64,000 bases of DNA from Candidatus Acidiferrales bacterium (GTDB lineage Bacteria; Acidobacteriota; Terriglobia; Acidiferrales; UBA7541), in NCBI GenBank assembly GCA_050012395.1, contig JBEKHG010000021.1:7834-71833 (forward strand). Reading direction: 5' to 3'. The position numbers and the translations under genes are program-made. Shown here one piece after another: positions 1 through 8,667 of the stretch (its first letter is position 1; the number at the start of each line of letters is the position of its first letter). A model generated the notes under the pieces. It had not been told where the DNA came from. It searched no databases and worked only from the letters and a program-made list of their open reading frames with translations.

Positions 1-68
1 CGACAACCTGCTTCATGGGCGCTCCTAGCTTTTAGGTCCAGTAAATCTATCACATGGTCTAGACTGGG

Positions 69-767
69 GTGTCGAGCGAACAGATGACGATTGACACTCC
101 ACCTCTTGCCAACGAATCGGCGCCCCGCGAAGCAGGGCGGAATTCGCGGCGCGCGTATCGCTGGATTCCCAGCGCCATGGTCGGGGCATTTTTTGCCGTT
201 CTTTTGCTCGGCGCGGTGGTGTGGTTATCCACCGGGCTGGGGCTACTCCACCTGATGGGGCTTTTGGGCAGGGGACGCACTTTGTTCAACGTGGATCAGC
301 CGACGGTGGTGCACCAGATTCAGCAACTGCAGCGGCTGGAAACGGTGAACTATACGATGGACAAGATTATTTCGGGCGAACACGCGAATGCTTATCTGCC
401 GAAATTCCTGGCGGGCGATCGCTTGCTGCTGGTGGTGCATGGAGAAGTGGTCGCGGGCATCAATCTCGCGAATTTGCAGCCGAGCGAGGTGGTAATACAA
501 GGGCAGAAAGTGTCGATTCGCTTGCCTGCCGCGGAAGTGTTGAGCACGCGTATCGATAATGCGAAAACGAGAGTATATTCGCGCGACACCGGCCTTTTCT
601 CTTCGCCGGACCCCAATCTTGAGAGCGAAGTCCGCGAAGAAGCTGAGCGGGAACTTCAGCAAGCCGCGGTGCAAGATGGCGTCCTCAAAATTGCCACGGA
701 TAACGCGCGAAGCACAATCTCGGGCATGTTAAAAGGCCTGGGGTTCCGCGAAGTGGATATTCACTAG
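69..767 (+). CDS. DUF4230-like membrane-anchored protein
   Basis: 232-aa ORF starting at GTG 69 (alternative ATG 84). One N-terminal TM helix (IPSAMVGAFFAVLLLGAVVWL) is followed by a soluble domain that resembles DUF4230 proteins. Family call is from memory. Confidence 0.6.
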   Translation: MSSEQMTIDTPPLANESAPREAGRNSRRAYRWIPSAMVGAFFAVLLLGAVVWLSTGLGLLHLMGLLGRGRTLFNVDQPTVVHQIQQLQRLETVNYTMDKIISGEHANAYLPKFLAGDRLLLVVHGEVVAGINLANLQPSEVVIQGQKVSIRLPAAEVLSTRIDNAKTRVYSRDTGLFSSPDPNLESEVREEAERELQQAAVQDGVLKIATDNARSTISGMLKGLGFREVDIH

Positions 768-982
768 TTTACTTCGCGCGTACGAGGCCAATGTGCGCTT
801 GGGCGGGCTTATCGTCGGGTGACCTGTACGTGCAGTCTTCGGTGTGATGATTGGCGCGATATCTGTAAGGCTAAGGCCGGAGAGCAAGCGGCGGCGCGTC
901 GGATGGGAAAGTTGATAGCGTCTTGGAGTGAAAAAGCGGATTCAGGTTTACAATGCGGTCCGGTGATTAAAGGAGACTTCGC

Positions 983-1537
983 ATGAACATGAAAAGGGCA
1001 GCGGGACTACTCGGATTTCTGCTTTTGCTGGCTGGGGTTCGTGTTGCGCAGGCACAGAACGCAACGGTGGCTCAAGTGCTGGACCGGGGCGTTTCGGGGG
1101 TGGAGGGCGAATTTGTTCCCGCAGCCGAAGCTATGCCGGAGGACAAATACTCGTTTGCGCCCACGAGCGGCGAATTCAAAGGCGTGCGCACGTTCGCGCA
1201 ACAGGTGAAACACGTTGCCGCAGTGAACTACATGATCGGCGCGGCCATACTGGAAGAAAAACCGCCGGTGGAATTGGGCGGCGAGAACGGCCCGGATTCA
1301 GTGAAAACCAAAGCGGACGCTGTGAAGTTTCTAAAAGAGTCATTCGCGTACGCGCACAAAGCAGTCGGGACCATCAACGATGCCAATTTTCTGAAGCCGA
1401 TCAAGAGCCCCTTCGGCGAAGGCATGACCACGCGACTGGGAATGGCCACTCTGATCGTCGGGCATTGCTTCGACCATTACGGCCAGATGGTGGAGTACCT
1501 GCGCATGAACAGCATCGTGCCGCCTGCCAGTCGCTAA
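983..1537 (+). CDS. DinB-family protein with signal peptide
   Basis: AAGGAG RBS before ATG 983. Signal peptide LLLLAGVRVAQA. The C-terminal HCFDHYGQMVEYLR is typical of the DinB/YfiT-like four-helix metal-binding fold. Confidence 0.7.
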   Translation: MNMKRAAGLLGFLLLLAGVRVAQAQNATVAQVLDRGVSGVEGEFVPAAEAMPEDKYSFAPTSGEFKGVRTFAQQVKHVAAVNYMIGAAILEEKPPVELGGENGPDSVKTKADAVKFLKESFAYAHKAVGTINDANFLKPIKSPFGEGMTTRLGMATLIVGHCFDHYGQMVEYLRMNSIVPPASR

Positions 1538-1656
1538 CGACGGCTGCAGATTCGCAGGGCAGCGTTCGTCGGGATGTATCTCGCAACCTTTTCGGGTCTA
1601 AGATCTTTGAGAAATAGTTCGAGATTTCAGTTGTAGTTGAGACTGCGAAAACTTTT

Positions 1657-2310
1657 GTGGGGCTTCGCGTGAAAGATGCGCTTCGCTTCGGCTGCGTGAC
1701 ATGTCTGTTGCTCGTCAGCACCACAGGCTTGCGCCTGGTTCCGCGCGGCCATCCGGTGCCGCTCCGCAGCGACTTTGAATCGTTCCCGTACGAGGTAGGG
1801 AACTGGTCGGGAACAGATCTCCCCGATCTTGATTCGAAGACGAAGGATGCGCTCCGCGCTGACAATTATCTCCTGCGACGCTACTCCAACCAGGTCGTTC
1901 AAACAGATCTGCTTGCGGCTTATTACAAGTCCCAAGAAAGTGGAGATACCATCCACGACCCGCGGAACTGTTACCCAGGTGCGGGCTGGGAGCAAGTTTC
2001 GTTAAGTGTCGTGCAGATTCCGAATCCCGAAATTCCCGAAGGATCTTTCCCGGTCAATCATTTTGTCGTAGAGAAGGACGGAGTCAAGCAAGACGTTCTG
2101 TACTGGTATCAAGGCCATGGCCGGGCCTACGCCAGCCCATACCTGGGGAAAATATACCTTGTTTGGGACGGAATCAGGAAAGGCCGTACGGACGGCGCGC
2201 TGATTCGACTTTCAGCAGTCCGAGCTTCCGAAAACGATCAGCCGTTTCCGGCCATGGCGGGGTTCGCGCAAGATCTATCTTCCGTTTTGCCGCAGTTCCT
2301 GCCGAACTGA
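1657..2310 (+). CDS. EpsI-family (exosortase-associated) protein
   Basis: N-terminal TM segment. The motif DTIHDPRNCYPGAGWE matches the EpsI signature (HSPxxCLPGxGW-like). The overall length of about 215 aa fits. Confidence 0.7.
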   Translation: MGLRVKDALRFGCVTCLLLVSTTGLRLVPRGHPVPLRSDFESFPYEVGNWSGTDLPDLDSKTKDALRADNYLLRRYSNQVVQTDLLAAYYKSQESGDTIHDPRNCYPGAGWEQVSLSVVQIPNPEIPEGSFPVNHFVVEKDGVKQDVLYWYQGHGRAYASPYLGKIYLVWDGIRKGRTDGALIRLSAVRASENDQPFPAMAGFAQDLSSVLPQFLPN

Positions 2311-2553
2311 GCAAACGACGGAGCTCGTTCGGTCCATAGCTCGAAAACCTAAATTAATCAGGAGTCGATCGGAAAAACTTCTTCTTTACCGAGACTCGTG
2401 GTTGAATTTGGCCTCGACGGCGTCGGTTCAGAAGAGTGGAGCGCAGACGGTTTCACAAAACTCTGAACCGGGCGTCGATGCAATATTGTCGGGCCAGTGC
2501 TCTCCGCCACGCTCTGATTAGCGAAAGTAACAGAATGCGACGAGGAAATTCAC

Positions 2554-2928
2554 ATGGGCGTTGAAGCGTGCATACCGGTAATTCCCAGCGCTGACCTGGA
2601 GAAGAGTCTGCGGCTGTGGGTGGATGGCCTTGAATTCAAGATGGACACGGAGATGCACGAAGACGGTAAGCTGATCCTGTGCATGTTGCACAGAGGCGGC
2701 TTGACGTTCATGCTCCACAGGCGAGCCGGCACACCGATCAAACCGGAAGATTATAACGGTATTCGGCTTTACTGGGCGCCGTCGGATATTCGAGTGACAA
2801 GAGAACGACTGCTGCGGCTGGGTTACAAAGTGTCCGAGATCGAAGATAGGGACTACGGGCAAACCGAATTCTTCCTGACCGACGACGATGGCTTTTCGCA
2901 CTGCTTCGGAGTCGCGACGCAAAAGTAG
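2554..2928 (+). CDS. VOC (glyoxalase/bleomycin-resistance) family protein
   Basis: 124 aa with a GAGGAA RBS. N-terminal IPVIPSADLEKSLRLW and C-terminal FFLTDDDG are typical of bleomycin-resistance-like VOC folds. Confidence 0.7.
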   Translation: MGVEACIPVIPSADLEKSLRLWVDGLEFKMDTEMHEDGKLILCMLHRGGLTFMLHRRAGTPIKPEDYNGIRLYWAPSDIRVTRERLLRLGYKVSEIEDRDYGQTEFFLTDDDGFSHCFGVATQK

Positions 2929-3326
2929 AACACGGGGTTCTTGGAGTCAGGACAAACGACAGGAAGAGTTACGAAGAGATTTTGTAGGCTCAGGTTTAAA
3001 ACGCGAACATCAAAACAGGAACGTCAAAACACGAACCTTTTCCGTACGAACCACGGAAAAGATTCGGCACCCTCGCGAGGTCGATGGGTGACTGGATTGA
3101 ATGCTGGTACCGCGCGCAACGGTTCGGCACCCGCCACGAACGTCAGAACGCGGCCGCCGCGAAGGTCCGCCAACCGCCAAAATCGTTGCGTCGAAGGCGT
3201 GAGAGGCGTAGGATGCCGGAGTCCGACGGTCCGAATCGGGAATTCCGGATGAATCCAAATTTTCGAGCCCAAGACCTCACTCTCCCGATAACCCACACTT
3301 TCGATCGGTGATTCACCTGGCGTACG

Positions 3327-3332
3327 TATAAT
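3327..3332 (+). promoter_or_regulatory. candidate -10 box (TATAAT) for the 3352 gene
   Basis: A perfect TATAAT lies 20 nt upstream of GTG 3352 and just before the GAGGAA RBS. There is no convincing -35. Confidence 0.25.
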
Positions 3333-3351
3333 CCACTGGCTGCGAGGAACA

Positions 3352-3603
3352 GTGCCGAAACCGACGAGCTTTCAAGCAGATATTCGCCCGCTTTTCACGG
3401 AGCGAGACATTGAAGGAATGAAAAAGGGGTTCAACCTGGCAAGTTATGATGAGGTCAAGGCGCATGCGGCCGCCATCTACGACCGGATACGGGGAATCGG
3501 TGGTGCGCTGATGCCTCCGGCACCGCCAAGAGGAGAAGGTCCCTGGCCTCAGGATCGCATCGAACTATTCGCAAAATGGATGGCGGACGGATACCAACGG
3601 TAG
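3352..3603 (+). CDS. small hypothetical protein
   Basis: 83-aa ORF with a GTG start after a GAGGAA RBS. Composition is protein-like. No family recognised. Confidence 0.5.
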   Translation: MPKPTSFQADIRPLFTERDIEGMKKGFNLASYDEVKAHAAAIYDRIRGIGGALMPPAPPRGEGPWPQDRIELFAKWMADGYQR

Positions 3604-3788
3604 GCGAAGTCATTTCATAAATGCGAGTTGACACATGTGGCGCCGTTGCCAGTTGCGGATGAGCTGCCGCGACGGCGAGTTCGCCGCCTTGGTCCGAAGA
3701 TCAAAATGATCTGAAGGAAAGCAGCCGCAGCGAGTTGCCATCCATTGTCGATCGAGCGAGCTGTGCTGCGATTGTTTCGGGAGGACGT

Positions 3789-4316
3789 ATGTCAAATGAG
3801 AAAACAGGAAGCGCCGCCGGTGCGAGCCCAGCGCTGCAGCCCACGGAAACATATGCTCTCGATTTTGTGCCGGACAAAATGCCTTTCGACACTCCGTATG
3901 GGCCACCGATATCACTGGACCGAGCCCAGGCGCTTATTGAGGCGGCGGTGGCAGAGGCGAAGAAGCGGGGTTGGAAGATGAACGTAGCGGTGGTCGATTC
4001 GGGAGGCAACCTGGTCGCCTTTCAACGAATGGACGGCGCGATGCTTGCATCCATTCAGATTGCCGAGCACAAGGCAAAGGCAGCCGCGACCTTCCGGCGG
4101 CCGACGAAAGAGTTCGAGGTCGGCGTCAATGTTATGCACCTGAACTATCTGCTCGCGTTCGATGGAGTGATTGCGTCGCGAGGCGGCATCCCGCTGATCG
4201 AAAAGGGCGCGATTATCGGCGCAATCGGTTGTTCGGGAGGAGCGGATTCCCAGGACGAGATCGTCAGCAAGGCAGGCGCGGCACTGATCAACCAGCCGCC
4301 GACAACAAGAGGATAG
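3789..4316 (+). CDS. GlcG/HbpS-like (DUF336) haem-binding protein
   Basis: GGAGG RBS before ATG 3789 (the ORF track begins at 3735). The motifs NVAVVDSGGNLVAFQRMDGA and GGIPLIEKGAIIGAIGCSGG are typical of GlcG/DUF336. Confidence 0.8.
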   Translation: MSNEKTGSAAGASPALQPTETYALDFVPDKMPFDTPYGPPISLDRAQALIEAAVAEAKKRGWKMNVAVVDSGGNLVAFQRMDGAMLASIQIAEHKAKAAATFRRPTKEFEVGVNVMHLNYLLAFDGVIASRGGIPLIEKGAIIGAIGCSGGADSQDEIVSKAGAALINQPPTTRG

Positions 4317-4502
4317 TCCAACAATTAACCCAAAACTAATAAAGCGTTGAGGACAATCAAGCGGTTCCGAGACAAATAATATAGACAGGAGAATGCCATG
4401 ACAACTGCAAGCGCAGCTACGAAGTCCACGCAGATTCGCGTGACAAGGCGGTCTGTGGTTATGTTCAGCATATTCTGAGGACCATATCGAAAGGAGCGAT
4501 CA

Positions 4503-4949
4503 ATGAGCGCCGTACAAGTGGAACAGAAGGCCTATGAGATGCCCCCGAAAGAGGGGATCAGCATCGCGTATTTTCTCACCGTCGCCGACAAGGAGCGCTC
4601 TGCTCGCTACTACGAAAAGGTTTTCGGCGCTCGCATTCTGACCATGGGTGACGGCAACGCGCCTCCGTACCTTCAGCTCGCGAATATCTGGATGATTCTG
4701 AACGTGGGAGGCGGGCCGACCCCGGATAAGCCGACGGTAACGCTCAGCACCCCCGACCCCAATCACATCAACAGCTTCATGAATTTCCGCGTTGCGGATA
4801 TTCAAGCTTGCTATGAACTTTGGAAAAGCCGAGGAGCCGAGTTCCTTACTCCGCCGATACCAAAGTACGGCGAAATTCGCTGCTACATACGCGATCCTGA
4901 CGGCTACATTATCGAGGTCGGACAAAGCACTTCGCTCAAGTACGGTTAA
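4503..4949 (+). CDS. VOC family protein
   Basis: 148 aa with an AAAGGAG RBS. The C-terminal CYIRDPDGYIIEVGQ is a typical glyoxalase-fold strand. Confidence 0.7.
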   Translation: MSAVQVEQKAYEMPPKEGISIAYFLTVADKERSARYYEKVFGARILTMGDGNAPPYLQLANIWMILNVGGGPTPDKPTVTLSTPDPNHINSFMNFRVADIQACYELWKSRGAEFLTPPIPKYGEIRCYIRDPDGYIIEVGQSTSLKYG

Positions 4950-5031
4950 CGCTCGGCGCGGATGGGATGCCGGCCGATTAGCCAATTCATATTCGGGAGA
5001 ACAGAAGCCGATTTCAAAAAGGAGAAGAACA

Positions 5032-5844
5032 ATGGCAACTAAAGGAAAAGTCTTGGTGTTAGTCTCGAGCGGTCGCGGTTTGCCCTTGAAGGATGGCAAG
5101 GTTTATACCGGCGCCGGCTACTACCTCAACGAGCTGACGGTTCCGGTTCGCGCCCTGATGCAGGAGGGCTACGAAATCACTTTCGCCAACCCCAAAGGCA
5201 ACGCGCCCCAAGTGGATGTGCATTCAGAGGTCGCCGATTTCTTCGGCGGGGACGCGGCCAAGCTTCAGGACTACATGCTATTCCGCGACGGCCTGGCTGG
5301 GCTCAGAGATCCAAGCCGCATCGCGGATGTCATCGCATCGGGCCTGGATCAATATGACGCTGTGTTCGTCCCCGGCGGCCATGGTCCGATGATCGATCTT
5401 CTCGATGATCCCAATGCCGGGATAGTGATGAGGCACTTTCACGAAAAATCCAAGCCTACGGCTGTGCTCTGCCATGGCCCGATTTCACTTCTTTCGGCGC
5501 TTCCGAATTCGAAAGAGTTCGTCGCCGCGCTTAGTGCGGGCGATGCCGCCGGAGCGCACGCCAAGGCGCAAGGCTGGATCTATGCTGGATATAAGATGAC
5601 TATCTTTTCGACGGCAGAAGAGCAGCAACGGGAACCGCTTGAGATTGGTGGCAAGGTTCTCTTCTACCCGGACTTTGCCTTGCGTACGGCGGGCGGCGAC
5701 GTGAGCGTAGTCGCTCCATGGCAGAGCTACGTCCTTCAAGATCGCGAGTTGATCTCAGGCCAGAACCCGTTTTCGGATCAAGCGCTGCTGAAGCTTCTTC
5801 TGCCGGCACTCGAAGGGAAGAAGAAGTCGATTTCAGCGCACTAG
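5032..5844 (+). CDS. DJ-1/PfpI-type (class I glutamine amidotransferase-like) protein
   Basis: AGGAGAAG RBS before ATG 5032; the longer ORF from 4792 overlaps the previous gene. Motifs VFVPGGHGPMIDL and AVLCHGP (nucleophile elbow Cys-His) support the call. Confidence 0.8.
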   Translation: MATKGKVLVLVSSGRGLPLKDGKVYTGAGYYLNELTVPVRALMQEGYEITFANPKGNAPQVDVHSEVADFFGGDAAKLQDYMLFRDGLAGLRDPSRIADVIASGLDQYDAVFVPGGHGPMIDLLDDPNAGIVMRHFHEKSKPTAVLCHGPISLLSALPNSKEFVAALSAGDAAGAHAKAQGWIYAGYKMTIFSTAEEQQREPLEIGGKVLFYPDFALRTAGGDVSVVAPWQSYVLQDRELISGQNPFSDQALLKLLLPALEGKKKSISAH

Positions 5845-5885
5845 CCGCAAGGTATCCGGGCACAACGGAGGGTAGTCCGCGCGAG

Positions 5886-6350
5886 CTAGCGTGTTTGATC
5901 GAAGTAAAGGTTAGTTTTTAGCTTTAGGAAGATTATCGGTGCCGCCATAAGAGCAGCGCCGATAGCGAAGGCGATAACGATAGTCAATTCGTCCGGGCGC
6001 GCTGCACGGAATGTAAAAATTCCAAGAGGAAAGAACAGAAGTGTTGCAGTGATGAGTCCGGGCGAAAACCGTCCGCGTGTCCAGGCGAAGGGCGCTACAT
6101 GAAAAAAGGCCGCATTAATCAGCATCAGCGCCGGAAATCCCAGCGCGATTGCTGGCCATACCGACGCCAGCTGTGTCGCTACGACGCCGAGGACAACTAC
6201 CAAGCTATTGGTCACATAGAAATCGGTCCATTCTGCAGGCAGATGGAGAACGTTGCGAGCCCAATCTCGCCAATCGAAAATGAACTCCTCAAGTATGTGG
6301 ATTCCATATGCGGCGAGACAGAGCCACAACAGTGCCTGAAATTTTGGCAT
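5886..6350 (-). CDS. HXXEE-domain membrane protein
   Basis: 154 aa. The N-terminal GIHILEEF motif (HXXEE) is followed by four hydrophobic helices. Confidence 0.7.
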   Translation of the reverse strand: MPKFQALLWLCLAAYGIHILEEFIFDWRDWARNVLHLPAEWTDFYVTNSLVVVLGVVATQLASVWPAIALGFPALMLINAAFFHVAPFAWTRGRFSPGLITATLLFFPLGIFTFRAARPDELTIVIAFAIGAALMAAPIIFLKLKTNLYFDQTR

Positions 6351-6551
6351 AGCGCATTTTAAACGAACCTATAAACCACAACTATCGCAAACTACGAGCC
6401 GGAATTGCCGGACAGGATGTATTCAACGACGCAGGATTTTCGGCGCCTAGCGGGTCGGCGCCTCGGCTCGGCACGGATGGGCTGCGGTCGCGGTTGTTGT
6501 TCGGATTCCCGCAGCCACAGCCCACACCAACTGCTGTGCGAATGTTTCCTC

Positions 6552-6582
6552 GCGCATGGCTGTGGTGATGTTTTACATTTCC
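6552..6582 (+). repeat. 31-nt direct repeat, copy 1 (GCGCAYGGCTGTGGTGATGTTTTACATTTYC)
   Basis: 29/31 identical to 7617-7647. Contains the palindromic core ATGTTTTACAT. Lies 89 nt upstream of the SDR start. Confidence 0.85.
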
Positions 6583-6617
6583 AACACGAAGTACAGGTTA
6601 AGTATTGGGTGAACTTG

Positions 6618-6648
6618 TCCGGTAATCCGACTAATCAGGAGTCGACCG
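6618..6648 (+). repeat. two-tier hairpin element, copy A
   Basis: Sequence TCCGGTAATCCGACTAATCAGGAGTCGACCG. Outer stem 6620-6623/6645-6648, inner stem 6628-6632/6640-6644, loop AATCAGG. Lies 23 nt before ATG 6671. Confidence 0.75.
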
Positions 6649-6670
6649 ACTCGCCGGGCATGGAGTTGTC

Positions 6671-7507
6671 ATGAGTAACAAGAAGGTCTGGTTTATCACT
6701 GGTGCCGGCCGTGGCATGGGCGTTGACTTCGCCAAGGCCGCCCTTGCGACTGGTCACGCAGTTGTGGCTTCCGGCCGGGATAGGGATCGCGTGTCCGATG
6801 CCTTGGGGCAGTCGGACGACTTACTGGCCGTCAAGCTGGACGTCACTAGCCGCCCCGATGCCGAGGCGGCGGTGCGGGCCGCGGTCGACCGATTCGGCCG
6901 GATCGACGTGCTGGTGAACAATGCTGCTAGCTTCTACGCGGGCTACTTTGAGGAGCTGACGCCGGAGCAGATGGAGCGACAGTTGGCGACGAGCCTCATT
7001 GGCCCAATGAACGTCACTCGCGCCATCCTGCCGGTCATGCGCAAACAGCGCTCGGGGCACATCATCTCAATTTCGTCGTCAGCAGGCCTCGTCGGCTTCG
7101 AGTTCTGTACCGCGTATGCCGCGTCGAAGTTTGGGCTGGAAGGTTGGGCGGAGTCGCTGCAGTTCGAGGTCGCGCCGTTCGGCATCGCCACAACGATCGT
7201 CAACCCAGGGTTCTTCCGCACGGAACTTCTCACGGAGCAGTCAACGAACTACGCCCGGCCGTCCATCAAGGATTACGACGAGCGCAGAGCGAAGCAGCTC
7301 CAATTTTGGAAATCCCAGAATGGCCGGCAAACCGGCGACCCGGCGAAACTCGCGCGAGCGCTGATCATCGTTGCGAGTCAGGAACCGCCGCCGCGCCGCT
7401 TTATCGCCGGCGCCGATGCCATTGCCACCGCGGAACAGAAAGTCGCCGATCTGAAGGCGCAGATCGGCGCAAACCGGGACCTCTCTACGTCCCTCGCCTT
7501 CGACTGA
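6671..7507 (+). CDS. SDR-family oxidoreductase
   Basis: N-terminal VWFITGAGRGMG (TGxxxGxG), NNAA, and the S...YxxxK catalytic pattern (YAASKFGLEG). Confidence 0.9.
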   Translation: MSNKKVWFITGAGRGMGVDFAKAALATGHAVVASGRDRDRVSDALGQSDDLLAVKLDVTSRPDAEAAVRAAVDRFGRIDVLVNNAASFYAGYFEELTPEQMERQLATSLIGPMNVTRAILPVMRKQRSGHIISISSSAGLVGFEFCTAYAASKFGLEGWAESLQFEVAPFGIATTIVNPGFFRTELLTEQSTNYARPSIKDYDERRAKQLQFWKSQNGRQTGDPAKLARALIIVASQEPPPRRFIAGADAIATAEQKVADLKAQIGANRDLSTSLAFD

Positions 7508-7616
7508 TTAATGTGTTAACCCGAGCGAGTGGGAGCTTGATGATTCGAAACCGAGGAATCGGCACTGCGAAACTTCTTTAGCCGTTACGAGACTCCTGTC
7601 GTGTTTGTAGCTGCTT

Positions 7617-7647
7617 GCGCACGGCTGTGGTGATGTTTTACATTTTC
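7617..7647 (+). repeat. 31-nt direct repeat, copy 2
   Basis: 29/31 identical to 6552-6582. Ends 4 nt before the AAGGAGG RBS of the cupin gene. Confidence 0.85.
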
Positions 7648-7665
7648 TGAACAAAGGAGGATTAC

Positions 7666-8136
7666 ATGTCTCAGGAAACCGGGGGCGCACAACGCGCTCC
7701 GCAAAGCGAAGTCCGGCCTCACCAACTCGGGGAGGATGTTTTCAAAACCATTTTGCCCGACGACGTCGATTGGAAGCCGTTCCCGGAGTTTCCGCGTGGC
7801 GTCCTGCTGGCCGTCGTCGTGGGCCAGCCCTCGCAGCCGGGCCCTTACACCATCAGGGTCAAAGCGCCGCACGGCGCAAAGCTGATGCCGCACAAGCACC
7901 CGGAAGATCGCGTCTATACCGTGATTTCCGGCGTGTTTTATATCGGGCTGGGTGACGAATTCGACGCGAGCAAGCTCGAAGCCTATCCGCCCGGCGCCGT
8001 GATCGTTCTTCCCGGCAACACGCACCATTTCCACTGGGCGAAATCCGGCGAATACGTCACGCAAATAACCGCGATCGGCCCGCTCGGACTGGAATACCTC
8101 AACCCCAAAGACGATCCGCGAAACGAAAAATCGTAG
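7666..8136 (+). CDS. cupin-domain protein
   Basis: AAGGAGG RBS. MPHKHPEDRVYTVISGVFYIG ... GNTHHFHWA matches the two cupin His-containing motifs. Confidence 0.8.
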   Translation: MSQETGGAQRAPQSEVRPHQLGEDVFKTILPDDVDWKPFPEFPRGVLLAVVVGQPSQPGPYTIRVKAPHGAKLMPHKHPEDRVYTVISGVFYIGLGDEFDASKLEAYPPGAVIVLPGNTHHFHWAKSGEYVTQITAIGPLGLEYLNPKDDPRNEKS

Positions 8137-8204
8137 GAGGCGTCTGCACGGCGATTTTGTAGGCCCGAAAGATCGATTTTTTAATCTTGAGTTTGGAGCA
8201 CGGG

Positions 8205-8642
8205 ATGAATGGTCAAGTACAGAAAAAGCAGGATCCAGAAGCGCGAGATAACCCTGCAGCGCGAGACCAAGCGATCCGTGCGGCGCTGGATCAGCATTGG
8301 GCGGCGTCCGATGCCAACGATTTTGTGACGGAGCACCTCATCTACCGCGAGGACGCGGTGCTGGAATACCCGCAGTCGGGCGAGCTAACCCGCGGCCGAG
8401 CCAACATACAGGGGCAGCGCGAGAGCCAGCCGAGCAAAAAGCGTTTTAAGATCCGGCGAATCGTCGGCAGCGGCGATCTTTGGGTGACCGAATACATCCT
8501 GACCTATGACGGCAAGCCGTCCTACACCGTGAGCATCATGGAGTTCACGGGCGACAAGGTTGCGCGGGAGACACAGTACTTTGCGGATCCATTTCCGGCT
8601 CCCGCATTCCGGGCGAAATGGGTCGAACGGATGCCCAAATAA
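8205..8642 (+). CDS. NTF2-like (SnoaL/ketosteroid-isomerase-like) protein
   Basis: ATG 8205 follows GGAG (the ORF track TTG start is at 8187). Size of about 145 aa and the pattern EDAVLEYPQSGE ... LWVTEYILTYDGKPSY fit the NTF2-like fold. Confidence 0.65.
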   Translation: MNGQVQKKQDPEARDNPAARDQAIRAALDQHWAASDANDFVTEHLIYREDAVLEYPQSGELTRGRANIQGQRESQPSKKRFKIRRIVGSGDLWVTEYILTYDGKPSYTVSIMEFTGDKVARETQYFADPFPAPAFRAKWVERMPK

Positions 8643-8648
8643 TCTCGA

Positions 8649-8667
8649 GGCGCGAGAGATGAGCGCC
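8649..8667. terminator. GC hairpin between convergent genes
   Basis: GGCGC (8649-8653) pairs with GCGCC (8663-8667) around a 9-nt loop. It sits between the NTF2-like stop and the barrel-gene stop. There is no U-tract. Confidence 0.3.

Noticed and set aside
1-16. Apparent start of a minus-strand gene (AGGAG RBS, then ATG AAG CAG GTT GTC...) running off the left edge
   Set aside because: Only five codons are visible, which is too little to support a feature call.
6405-6674. 89-aa ORF covering the 31-nt repeat and hairpin copy A
   Set aside because: It has Cys/Arg-rich odd composition, no RBS, and overlaps the SDR start. The two substitutions between the 31-nt repeat copies are synonymous in this frame, but two changes are too few to argue for coding.
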